Shown here: in pieces, positions 25,410 to 37,735 of the stretch
Numbering within the stretch: position 1 is the stretch's first letter
Layout of the letters: each line of letters starts with the position of its first letter
Assembly: GCA_030265395.1 (NCBI GenBank)
Contig: JARFYF010000058.1
Location: forward strand, 19,531,556-19,595,555
Direction: 5' to 3'
Origin: Rhina ancylostomus
Lineage: Eukaryota
Length of the DNA stretch: 64,000 bases
Program-made: the position numbers and the translations under genes
Notes under the pieces: model-generated
What the model was told of the DNA's origin: nothing
Seen by the model: the letters and a program-made list of their open reading frames with translations, nothing else
The model's database searches: none

Positions 25410-25658
25410 AGAAATTTCTTCACTTAGATGGTAGTGAATCTTTTGAATTCTCTACCCAAGAGAGCTGTAGGGGCTCAGTCACAAGTCCGTTCAAGAAAGT
25501 GGTCAATAGATTTTGGATGAGGGGAAATGAGGGATTTGGGATTCTTGTAGGAAAGCACTACTGAGGTAAAATATTGGAATTTTCTAAATGGCAGATTAAG
25601 AATGAGGGGACAAATCACCTCCTCCTGCTCCTATTTCTTATGTTTTTATATTCTTGTG
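25410..25658 (+). mobile_element. 3' end of the interrupted host CR1
   Basis: Resumes AGAAATTTCTTCACTTAGATGGTAGTGAATCTTT and ends CCTCCTGCTCCTATTTCTTATG. Confidence 0.8.
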
Positions 25659-26042
25659 TTCTCGCACAAATGACACCAAACCTAGCATCTTAAATATAAT
25701 CTGAACTCCTAAAGATAAGATGCTTTTTAAAATTCTAGATCAGCCCCTGCTTCATGGTGGTGATGCTTGGGGGGTGGAGGGGACAGTCAAATGAGTAACT
25801 TATTGCATCTCTAGGGCATGTTCCAGATAGCCCAGCCTAGCAATTTGGGTGTCCTGCATTAATTAATTCACTACAACTGAACTTTCATGTTTCAATGCAG
25901 CCTGCTGTAGTCGATATAATACCAAGGATAACAATGTGTGGGTTTTTGTGCCAGTGAGATTGCTATTTTTGTGCATCTATTTGCAATGATCTTTCAACTA
26001 GAAGGGACAAAAATGAGGGAAGGAGATCTCACCCTACTTGTA

Positions 26043-26461
26043 CACATCCTGCCCAGGTTAAGAACATCTGACTATTGAAATCTGGAATATGTGAACAAGC
26101 GCTTGGGACACTGGTGGGATGGATTTGCTGCAGGGCTGCTGGTATCTTCTCCTGGGTGGGAACGGGACATTTTCAGGTGCCTTCTCTGCCTACCATCATT
26201 CCCCCAATGACCAAGATGTAACAATCTTGGGGCTGGGTTGAGCCAAGGAGAGCTGGGAGCTCTGGACAGACTGACTTGCTCAGTCATTGAGTCAGTGAAG
26301 TTGGCTGGCGGTCGCTCTTCCCACGCCTGCTCACTCTCCCTTCATAGTTGTTTCTGTGATCCTCTCCCACACAGTGTTTCAGTTCATTTCTGACTTACAA
26401 GCAGTTTGGATTATGAACACTTCTCAGGAATGCAACCCTGCCGTAACCTGGGAACTGCCTG
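26043..26461. mobile_element. Tigger/pogo-like (Tc1/mariner) non-autonomous element
   Basis: TA at both flanks (26041-42 and 26462-63). Imperfect TIRs CA-N7-CCCAGGTTA at both ends; right end CGTAACCTGGGAACTGCCTG|TA is typical of Tigger MITEs. Confidence 0.6.
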
Positions 26462-27389
26462 TAATCATTTTAGACAACCACTCCACTTATTCATAGAATA
26501 GTCATTTCCCCATCTTAGCATGAAAATCAAGGATTTAATGAGCTTCAAGTGTTTAAATCACATTTAGATCAGTTGGGTGCATCAGTTGAAAACATCAGTG
26601 CAGTGCTGGACCAGGAATGGTTATTTTACCTGAGAACAGCTAGTCCCTGACCCACAACCAGCAAGGAAAGACAGATGATCTTAGCTGGTCATGGTGTCAT
26701 TGGAAGAACAATAGTAGTTCCTTCCAGCACACTGGAACATGCAGCAATTTAGCCCCCTAAAAAAGTTGAGGATCATCACAATTATGGAAAAGATGCATGG
26801 TAACAACTGATCTTCACCTAGTTCTGCTCTGCTACACACCAAAAAATATTTGCACTTGTCTGAGCAACAGAGGATGATTCAACAATTTGACACTTACAAT
26901 AGAACAATTAAGAGTAGCTGTATTGCTATATTTTATCAAAGGCTGAGAAATGCCTGATATGGTTGTTGCTTAATCATTCTCTTATGATGCTCATAGCTAT
27001 ATGATATTCATCCTTGTTTATTTTTTATTTTAAATGTATGGCATTGTTACTTCCTAAGAGCAAGTTGACTTATTATAGGAAATATAAAAAACTAAGGACA
27101 GAAGATACATTCTTGTATCATAAAGGTATTGAATCAAGTGGACTGGAGTTCAAAATGCATTTGAAGATGCATTCCATTTAGTACATGTCTAACTCCAGTG
27201 CTGGAGGCATTATACATGCCTTGAGCCTCTTGGATCTAACACATTTAAAAAGGATTCCCTCCATCATGGCACTTTCTATAAAATTGTCATTTTTTTCAAT
27301 AAAACATTTTGACACTTCTCATTTAAAAAAAACAGTGAAATTTATATAAAAACGTGGTGCTCATTTGGATATCTTAGCTGGTTAAAGCA

Positions 27390-28250
27390 TAAGAATTTTC
27401 AGGAACAGAAAAAAGCTATTGGATTCAAATTCTTTTTTCAATGATTAACACCTCCATTGCCTTCTTAATACATCCCACAAATCCTACTTCCTTCAAAAAT
27501 CCAACTAATTGTCTTTTGAACCTACTTACATAGGCTGTTTTAATTGCCTAATCTGGTAATGTATTCTGAACTATTAACCTTAGAGTGAAAAATGACTGAT
27601 TTTTCTTGTAATTCCACAAGTTCATCATACCTTTAGGCCCTTCTTTTATTTCAAATAATTTTTACTGAAACCATCACTTCATCTTGTTCATTATTAAATT
27701 ATTCCATGTTCTTTCCTAAGCAATGTCCTTGGAAGCCCATTCCAAAGTGATCAACCTCTATGAAGAAGAGTCCGATCACATCAGCACCAAACGCAAAACT
27801 GTAAACCCTTCTCTTACTTCTAGTTTAAACTAAAGTAGGACCCTTGATTAGTACCCTTAATACAGTTTGCTATTTCACAGTAAACTCTTGATCTCCTTCC
27901 CTCCTTTACAATATATTAACAGCTGCACATTGTCAATGGAATTGAATTTTAGAATCACAGAACAAAATGCAGCTGTTACCATGTACATACTTTTAGAATA
28001 AAAGACTGAAGATGAACTTTTATCACAAATTTCTTTTGCTTTTCTCATAACTTGAATCATTGACACAAGAGATCATTCTTATGATATTTCTCTCGGTGCT
28101 TCTAACATATGAATATATTGAATGTCTCCCTTGTTTCCCTCTGGCTAGAGTTGGACAATATTCAAGGTACTGGCAACTTAAAGCACTCCACTGTTTGATC
28201 TTGGCTTCCTCTGACTTGAATCCTACTGTTTTGGCTGTGCATTTCAAAAT
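27390..28250 (-). mobile_element. Very old CR1 fragments
   Basis: Minus ORF 28023-28247 reads YLEYCPTL...IIRMISCVNDSSYEK, resembling CR1 HLEYCVQFW...TRMIPGL..LSYEERL. Confidence 0.5.
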
Positions 28251-30199
28251 TATTTCTCACGTATAATTTGTTTCAAAGTTTCACCAAACCGAACATTTTA
28301 ATTTGACACAGTTTTCTAAATTCTTCCCATAATCTTGGTGGTTCAATTAGATCAGTGAGGAACTGGATTATTCAGAGGAACAGAGTCCCACATTTTGATC
28401 TATGATTTATGCTGCATTATCTGATCTCAAGCAGAGTGGTGACAGATGCTTCAAAATGCAGGGCCACAAGCTTGACTTCCCAATATAGCAGCATATATTT
28501 AATTACCCTTGGCAGAAGACTAGAGTTTATGGATAAACCATTGAAGTTTTCATGTAGAAAGAAAAGGGACAGTTTCTAGCAAATATTAAGTATCTTACTC
28601 CTAATTTTTAAAAATACACATTGTTACAGAATAAAATTTCAAAGATTTACTGGTCCATCCATTATCTGCATGTCACTTGAATTACTTTGTACAGTAACAC
28701 TTACTGAGTGTCACGTGTGGTCAGTTCGTTCAAGTAAACCTTCAGAAAACTATTGATGCCACACAACACATTTGAACTAATGACACTGAATCTAGCAGAC
28801 AATGCAAACAAAGAGTTTCATAATTGATTGACAAGGTTTGAATGGCCACCCTGCCCCCTTCTCCACTTGTCTCTTTCTTCTCTAGGCAGCTGGAAGACAG
28901 TCTGTCTGTCTTCAAGGGTAGCTGCCCCTTGCCTCACTAATGCTGTACCCATGACCCTGCTTATGTAAAACTGTGGCCTAGTAACTACTATAATGTCTTT
29001 CTGTAATGTATTGTAATTTGAAATATCATTTCATTAAATCTAAGTAATTGCACATTAATAAAAATAGAAAAAAATGGTTGTTTGCAAACAGAAAATAATT
29101 ACAAGGTGATGCCTTCTTATTCATATGCTGTCAAACTGATAAGCCATAACAACTATTGAGAGAAGCATTAGGCATGGTGCTGGATAGACAAAGGAACATC
29201 AAGCGAAGAGAACATTCAATTAGTTATTATTTTGGGGTAAAGTAATGATTTTGGCATAATTGTATAGGGCACAGACCAGAGATTGTTATATTCTGTCTGG
29301 CTGCTATATAGGTCACCCACATGTTCTGTTAATCACCCAGACTGGTTTAAACTTGTTCTGTATCACGGTATCTTGGGTTGTGTGTGTTCTGTGAAGCTCC
29401 AAAATAGAGAGATGCAGAGCATTGAAGAACCTACTGAGAGCTCTCTGAATGGATATGTTATTACAGGGAGCACAGGAGGAGAGAAAGCTTTGTTCCTGCA
29501 GAAATAAATGTATCTGCAGATATACTGAAAATTGCATTTTTTAAATATTCCACATTTGATGAAGGCAAAAGATAAAACAAATGAAAATGCACATCAGAGG
29601 GATTGACATTTAACAGATAACTTGCAGCTTCTTATTTTAATAGTACTATTTATAGGAGATCCTCAATTTGATAAGCGTTTCCTTATGTAGGATTTTTCCC
29701 AAAAGCCTATCTTGCCTTTCAATGAAACAATCTTCTGTATACACAGAAACACTTCATCTGCCTCCCCTTATGGTTGTCCTTATCATCAAATGTATTGTTC
29801 AGCAACTCTCCAGCTTACCTACCCTGTGGTCACAAATCTTTCTTGAGGTTACTTAGAACCTTTTTTTTGTGAGGCGTATTTGGAAAACTAAATTATCTTA
29901 ATTACTGCATTAAAATTTATTTTACCAATTTAATTTCATGTTTCATATGCAAGCTCAGATTCCTGAATACTTGAGAAGAGTAATGCATGGTTATTTTTGT
30001 TCTTTGTTCTCCATGTTACAAGGTACAAAAGACATTAACAATACATGCTGTATATCTACTGCTTCCAGGTTGCCAGCTCTGGTCAGATGTATTCGCAAAG
30101 GTTTTGCCACATTTGACCTCCTGCATTTAACATCCCTCCCAGTCAAAGAGCCTCTTTTCCCCATCTTCAATATTATTCTTACAGCTTTTGCATTTCTTG

Positions 30200-30545
30200 T
30201 ATTTGCGTTTCACCTTTCTTCCAGTGATTTCCGATAATGATTCTATTTCTCCCATTTATATCTCTGCCAAACCAATCTTTTGTTATTCATTAATCTCTTG
30301 AGCATCTTTATTTTTACACTGCACAATCTCCACTTTATCACCTGATTTTTTCTGCCTCGCACTCCATCAGAGGTCTTCCTCTGTGTTCTCTCTTCTCCGC
30401 ATTCTCTACATCTTAAAATATGATTTATCCTCTAATTTTTCCCAGTGTGGGTTAAAACTTATTGAACTGAAACATTAACTTGGTTTCTCACTCCACAGAG
30501 ACTGCCTGAGCTGCTGAGTATTTCCAATATTTACTTTATTATTCT
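30200..30545 (+). mobile_element. Penelope-like 3' region and terminal repeat
   Basis: Pyrimidine-rich stretch followed by TTTCCCAG...CTGAAACATTAACTTGGTTTCTCACTCCACAGAGACTGCCTGAGCTGCTGAGTATTTCCAA. Confidence 0.7.
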
Positions 30546-31089
30546 AATATCATATGTATTAACAAATATTCAAAGAAAATAAAAAAAACATATTAATATC
30601 CATAAGATTTTCTCCTGAGTTCTCACTGCAGTGACCAGGAGAATTATTTTCAATTCTCAGAAACTCAAGTTATCCTTTATGAATAGTAACTTTAATGAGT
30701 ATTTAAAAAACAAGATTTTGAACGTATGGATATAATTTGCAGCAGAATTTATTTTCTTTAAATATGTATATACATATCGGACAACATGAAGGCAAGAAAT
30801 GTAATGAGGCATATCTGTCCCTTAACAATATTTGGTACGAAACTGCTGCGGAGGTTTAATTTACATGATTTGTGCAAGCAAAGATTCCAAACACTTTGAA
30901 TTGGCATCACCCATGCTGGTTTTAAATTCTAGAAATTTGATCATGTCATCCTGGAAATTCATCTGGGCAATTCCCATATGAATTCTGCTTGCTGATTTGC
31001 CTTGATTTCCCAATCAAACACAGATTAAGTGATGTCATTCCTCATGCAATGCTCCTTTTGGAAATTAGTCCACATTATTTAGAGGAGCT

Positions 31090-31189
31090 AAAACCAGAAA
31101 ATGCTGGAAACTCAGTGGGTTAGGCAGCAAGGGTGGAAAGAGAAACAGGCTTAACATTTCAGAACAAAAACCTTTCATCAGAACTGGGA
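31090..31189 (-). mobile_element. Penelope-like terminal repeat with hammerhead-like core
   Basis: Minus strand reads TCCCAGTT-CTGATGA-AAGGTTTTTGTTCT-GAAA-TGTTAAGCCTGTTTCTCT...GCTGCCTAACCCACTGAGTTTCCAGCATTTT. Confidence 0.75.
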
Positions 31190-32139
31190 TTTATTTCAGA
31201 GAATCAACTGCCGTTGGTCACTCCTGGGCCAACTATGCTATCAATGATGCGCTGGACTGAAACTTCATGAAGATGAGTTTAATTCCAACATTTAGACATC
31301 CCTCACAGTACCTTTGCATGACACCCTACACCCCCAACAAACACCTGATCACTCATGCTCCTCACCTTCCCTCTAACCCTGTGGATCATCCTTAGTTCTG
31401 ACTGTCACCAAATTTTCTGATCCCTCAAACCATCCAAACTCCCAAATTTCCCAATCTTTGTCCACCCATACGGCCAACCCATCAAAGCTCTGTACATCCC
31501 AATGGAGGCCTCAATCTCTAGCCTCCCCACCCCATCCCCATAAGCAGGAGTTGATCCAGCCAGCCAAAATCAATTCTTCACAATACTAGCTTCAATCAGA
31601 CATCGAGAGCAGCATCCCCTCTTCAGGGGCCCTTACTGCCAGTCCTCTATCACCCATCAACTTGGATGCTATGTAGTGGCTGGTCAGTAATATCAAGGCT
31701 TTGGTACAACATCAGTGGCTTTTTTAAAATATGATGCCCAGTGAGATTCCAGAATTACTTAAGTTTTATAACTGTCTTCTTCAGATCATTTTATTCTTTG
31801 CAATGGTGCCAACCCACCCAGCTACCAGCCTCATCCCTTGCTTCTCTGATCACCCTAAACTCTAGTCCAAATACCCCACACTACGGTCACCCAGCTTTGA
31901 CCCCGACTGAACACTCTGATCTCTCAAACCTCTGAACTCCCTGACCCCTTCAAACTCACATGTAAGGAGCTTTATCACTTATCATTTCACAGTCAGGGAG
32001 GGGTGTCATATTTTCATCAGCTGCTGCAGTTTAATCTTGTATTTGCAGGCAGTATTTATACTAACAGGAAATATTATATGCATCATTTGTAAATGACAAG
32101 GCAAGAGTCAAATGGAGCAAAACAACCAAGAAATTCAGG

Positions 32140-32290
32140 AACTGGGATGAGAAGAAACTTTTTCACCAAGGAGGTGGTAAACCATTAGGATCTTTGAATC
32201 CTCAACCCAAAAGGGCTGTGGAGGATTAGTTTCTGAGTATGTTCACAAAAGAGATCAATTCGATATTTCAAGAATCAAGGGCTCTGGTAA
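32140..32290 (+). mobile_element. CR1 3' fragment
   Basis: GATGAGAAGAAACTTTTTCACCAAGGAGGTGGTAAA...AGGGCTGTGGAGG. Confidence 0.65.
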
Positions 32291-33115
32291 TAGGCTGGTC
32301 CCTGAAACATATTACAGGGTCTGTTTCTATCAGCTTGGCCAGGCACTTACCCCACCAATTTTAGAACTTTTCTCCATATTTCTATAAGAGCAAAATCTCC
32401 AATACTGAGATATAATGGTTTCATTATGCATTAAGATGGGTCATATCATAAAACAACTTAATATGTTTCATAAATGGCCCTTTGGAGATCAAAAAAAGCG
32501 AAGTCTAATACAAGCTTCCAACATTACTGAAGATATCTCCAAGAAAAGGAACAAAGAAAATGTGTACAATATAATAGCTGCCACGAAGCCTCGCAAAACT
32601 ACAAAATTTATTTTACAAAATCAGCCGAAGATAATGAGCTGAAAACAAATTGGTCATAGTGACTGTAGACCCTACAACAACCAGAAACAGAACAACTTGA
32701 AGAGCAACATTTATAGCATTTCAGCTGCAAAACAGACTATAATCTGCAATATATAAATGGTGAACTGTTTTTTTAGCAAGGTGTGGAAAATAACAAGCCA
32801 AAAAAAAGTCAAGCAGAAAAGGCATCATACGATTACTAAAACAGTTCAGGAGATATTGAGGACAACAGGTTGGTGGACAACAGGTTGGTAGGCAACACTC
32901 ATTACCAAGCTATGTATAAAATACTGGCAAGCTGCTTTATTTAAAATAAAAGGCCTGGTTCTTGTGAGGACTGAAAGACTCTTTAAAACCTAATTATACC
33001 AGTGATAATACCCAGCACAAAGAATCTGGAAAAATAACTACTTGCTTAAAAAAAGTGAAAAAAACTGTCAAAAAATTGTGAAATGTCAGAAGGAAAGCCA
33101 GTTAAAAAAAAAGGT

Positions 33116-33460
33116 GGGGCAGCACAGTGGTGCAACTAGTAGAGGTGCTCCCTCACAGCTCCAGAGATCCAGGTTCAATCCTTACCCCTGGTTCTGTCTG
33201 GTTGAGTTTGCACATTCTCCATGTGACTGCATGGGTTTCCTCTGGGTGCTTTGGCTTCCTCCTATATCCTAAATGTGTGTGCCTGGATTGGTTAATTGGC
33301 CACTTAAATTGTTCCTAATGTGTAAGCGAATGGCAGAAGCTGGGGGAACTGATGAGAATGTGGGGAGAATAAAATAGGATTTGTGTAGATAAGTGCTTGA
33401 TGGTCAGTGTGGAGTCGATGGGCTGAAGGGTCTGTTGCTATGATGTATGATTCTGTGTGA
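33116..33460 (+). mobile_element. Full-length HE1-like V-SINE (tRNA-derived head, V core, CR1/HER1 tail)
   Basis: A box-like TGGTGCAACTAGT, B box GGTTCAATCC, V-domain GAGTTTGCACATTCTCC...GGGTTTCCTCTGGGTGCT and tail GGGCTGAAGGGTCTGTTGCTATGATGTATGATTCTGTG. Confidence 0.85.
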
Positions 33461-36400
33461 CTTAATAGGACTCCTCAGTGTAAAATGAATTCACTGTTTC
33501 CACTAAGGGGGTGAGGTGTGATTTGAGAACATTAAATGAAGAAACTTGATACTAAATGCTGAGAGCGACAGGAATGGACGTCAGCCGTAGTTGGCAGAAA
33601 AACTGACAGAAGTACAAACAGGATCTAAAGTTCCAGATGGTCATGTGCAGGTTCAACTGAAGGTTTTGTCTGCACGTTCCCAGGTGAACATTCTGTTCCC
33701 TTCATTGGTAAGCAGTTTCCCAAAAACAAATCTAGTCTGGGAGGAAGTCAGATTTTTTCAGTATGATCCGTACAAGCTTTGCAACTCCTACAGCTGCCTT
33801 ACTGAACTCACATGAGTTACTCAGTTGGTTGCCCACTGTCCTTTCACCTCCAAAAGATGGGATTAAGTTTATTTGATGCTTACAGAGAACCTATTCTCGC
33901 TACTGTCTTCATGAAATGTCCAGGGATACTTGCTGGAAGAAAGCTGAAAATTCCACAAATTGGTTTTAAATTGGCAAAAACAACTGCACACTGCCCACCC
34001 TATACAAAGTAGGCCTTTGATCCTGATCAAATCACACAGAACAATGCTAAAAATGTTTAATTTCCAGTTACTGGACTTTGATAACATTGTCAGGTACCAT
34101 CAAGCAGAGCATGCAGTGACCATGCTGCTCCATGGAATATTATTATGCAGCCTAACCAGTGTCCTTAAAGGGGCTGCTACAGTCACTGTTGTCACTAATT
34201 TTTTTTTGTTGTCAGGAATGGAAGGAGCACAAATGGTCCTGCTGGCTCCAAAAAATCCCTTCCAGCTGCTCATAGTACTTTTATGTCCCAACCTGCATCT
34301 CTGCTAAACTGCCATGAAAATAACTTGATTCTCCTGCTGTGACAACAGGAAGATGGGAATTGCAATCACTCCATTCACCAGCAGTCTGAAACAGTAGGCC
34401 TACAACCTCCTGATAAATGAAGGAAAAGGGGGAGAAAATATCAGTCCAGGGATTGTCCAATAAATTCCTCTTCAGTTCCCACCCTCGGAAGGTCAAACAT
34501 CCTTTTAAAGACCATCATGATTTAGTCCCCGTAACCCAGAATTGTCCTTTTCTTTCAGAAATTTGTTGTTCCTTATAAATGGTGTATCAATGCCCAATAT
34601 TCACCACGTTGTGTATCTGTTGATAATTCTCTACAAAATGAAAATTGGATTTCACATTTACTTTGCATGCTAAATGGGTGCTGCATTAATGATAACTCTC
34701 AACTGGGTGATCACACTCTACTAAAAATGACAAAACTGGCAAAGTTTACTAATTACTCTTTAAGGTAACTTTCATCTAGACTGCCATGTTAAAATATGAT
34801 CTGTACGAAAGGTAAGGGAAATCACAAGGAATGGGCCAAGTGAAATTTGGCCACATTTCCCATGATCATCCTCAGAGATTGAGGTATCACAATTGGCCCC
34901 AGGATACTGTGAAACTCAGTTCAGTATTTAGTCACCAGCCACTCTATATCTGTGCTGGGTATGATCATGAAAGTCTGCATTCAGTATTGTGAGATCAGCA
35001 AAATGTGACATGACCTTCAATCCTTAATTCAACCTTCAAATAATCTTTCTAACCAGAATGTGTTCAATCCCTGTACCTTCTTAAAAAACTTCAATAAATC
35101 TTCTCTCAACCTCTGTTTTTCCAATGTATAGTGTTAATTCTTGAAGCGTAACTACCCAAGATCTTTAAGATTGGATATCATTTTAGTTTCTTTCCAGAGG
35201 CACAGAATATTGTGGGGTGTAGGAATATCTTCCTATGTCTAAACAGTCATCTATCAAGCAGGTGTTAGACCTTTAATTTGCATATGCGAACAGCCTAATT
35301 CCTATTTGAGGCATAGACAGTGCACACTGACTTTCTTTTTGGCCTCTACCACTTGGCTTCTACCACACTGGAGCCCTCAGAGGCTGTTTGTCAGTAAAAA
35401 TCATCACTGCTTGGTCAATATTCTAAGCCTTGTTATTTAGCATTTTGAAAGGTTCAGGGAGGTTAAAGAATTAATGTACAGTATTACAATATAATTACGT
35501 ACTTGCAGCCTACCAAGGAAAATAATGGTCATATGTAACCATGGACTGTTGTACAATCATTTCTAGCACCACTACCCTTGACAGACAGGTCATTGCACAA
35601 CCAAGAACCCTGCAGATAGAAATAACAGGGCAATCATTGTGTTCAACAAATTAACCCCGTACAGTATTGTGAGTCATGAACTCTATCACTGCATCCTTTT
35701 GTGGGACTTCCATTCGTTTCTACCTACAATAGACCCTCCTAGAATCATTAACGAATTGAAAGGCAAATGGCCTGGTCTGGAACCTGAGTTCATTCTCAGT
35801 AAATAAACCATTGAAACACGGCCTTCATTTGAACTTTCTGGTTTACATGAAATAGAGCCATTGTTGAAATAATTTGTTTAAAGGCAAATTCAAATCATTT
35901 TGCTATGCATTTGTTTTCAATTCAGATCTATCTTCCTCAAAGACAATTTGACAACCTATTCAAATCACTTGATGAAGTTGTCAGGGATAGGGTCCAGTTC
36001 AGTTGGCAACAGGCAATTACAAACAATATCCCATAGGATCCATCTGCTTTACTGACGGGGAATGTTGTGCTTCAATTCTCCACTCTTTAGAATAAAAACG
36101 TAGCCTCACAATTAATCACCAAGCGCGTAGTAGTACACAGACTGTCAATAATAGGGTAGATCTGGCTGTGAGGTGTTCATGCATGTTTCAAATGTACTTG
36201 GATGCTACCCTGTGGGAGTCAGTAATCTGAGGTGTCGCTTCACACCAAGAAAATAAATATAGCTAAAAGTAAAAATCTGTTGTGTAGCTCCAAGGGATGT
36301 GCTTTAAATCTTAAATTAATCTAGTGTAATATTCTTTTCTCTTTTTTATAATCCTTTCCATTATCTTTTCTCGTGTGTATTTCCCTTGCTTTCTTCATCC

Positions 36401-37564
36401 CTGAGAATGAAGGAGTTTTATTCTACTGTAAGATCATCAAGCATAACTTCTTCTGTATCCATTCAGTCAGATTCTGTTCTAGGGACAGAACTGGTCTAAA
36501 AACCAAACTACTCCATGAATGGATTAAATCTGAACAGATGGTTGTGTCATTCTGCTCTCAAACCTTCCTATCCCAATTATTTTATTTACTTTCTCTACTT
36601 TCTTTTTAAATGTTTCTGTATTGTTATTCATTTTGTTTATTTCCCTTTATTTTATGTCTTCTCACAGACAGCTGACATTTATTCCCAGTTAATGTTTTCT
36701 TTGTGCAGAGCCTCAAAATTATTGATTTATTTGCAGTTTATAGTGATGCTGACAAACATATGCCAAAATACTATATTTGCATTTCTCAGTTTTTGGAGAG
36801 TAAAATTAACTGCTAAAAAAATAATAAAACTCCATCAAATAACTTTCTTAGGGATGAAGAAAGCAAGGGAAATACACACAAAAAAAGAAGAAAATATAAC
36901 CGAAAGTATCCCACTTTCATTCACATTTTTCGAGCAACGCAGCTGCAGCTTATGTTACTTAAGCACTGAAAAGTCCAATACTCATATATGTTTATAGCAT
37001 TTAACATTGAATTTAAATTTCCAGGAGTGAACCTGCATAAATTCTTCAAGGTGAATCTCTGCAACTTCTGGAAGAAATTGTCTTTCTTCCTGGATGAAAA
37101 AATAAAATAAAGCGTAAATAGGCCCCTCCTGTATTTCATTCAGGACACAAAACATCCAGATAATATTGGGCAGGGCCAGTAACTTTGTTTTATCAGGATA
37201 TTAACTTGCATTAAATTTTGATTGAGTCACATTTAATGGACTTGGATAAATTGGCAAATTGGGTTGCTCGATGGAGTGTATTTTGGGTGTTTATGCTGGG
37301 AGTATATGGAGTGGGCAGTTAGCAACTCCTATCCTTATACATTGCTGGTTTAGTACCAGCCTTGACTAATTGGGATGCAACTACTCAGCTAACACCATGT
37401 GCTAAATTACACATGGGCAAATTGGTGTTTATCAGTATGAATGTTGATTGGGGGGCCTGAATGATAGAGATGTCTATTCGGTATAGTTGGAGGATACATG
37501 GCATGGAAGAGTTTAAGGCCAGTGGTACAATTGTCGAGGTCTGAGATGAGGTCTTCATTGATCA

Positions 37565-37735
37565 TTATCAAGCACGTGAGATCATTAAGTTGTATGCACA
37601 ACTGCGTTCATTTCCTTATTATCTCACTCTTGGCATTGACCTTGACTGTGAGCTCCTTAATTGCTGCTTGGCCATGAGCTTGTCTTACTGGCCCCACCTT
37701 GATGGAGGTCCTCTCTTTTTGTCTACCAAGCTATC
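37565..37735 (-). mobile_element. Second Harbinger-type Myb/SANT relic
   Basis: Minus translation KELTVKVNAKSEIIRK*TQLCIQLNDLTCLI resembles WE.VA..VNARS..PRTW.QCRKKFNDLT. Confidence 0.55.

Noticed and set aside
26560-28480. Possible LF-SINE-like scraps (about 26640-26730 and 28400-28470)
   Set aside because: Similarity too weak to support without an alignment.
32860-32897. Short tandem duplication GACAACAGGTTGGT x2 (similarly AATTCTTCCCG x2 at about 21610)
   Set aside because: Ordinary slippage duplications with no spacer structure.
33116-33190. tRNA-like A/B boxes (also 62505-62576)
   Set aside because: SINE heads followed by V cores; no intact cloverleaf, so not tRNA genes.
36373-36997. 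160-aa hydrophobic ORF
   Set aside because: Product of T-rich low-complexity DNA; no recognisable domain or splice support.
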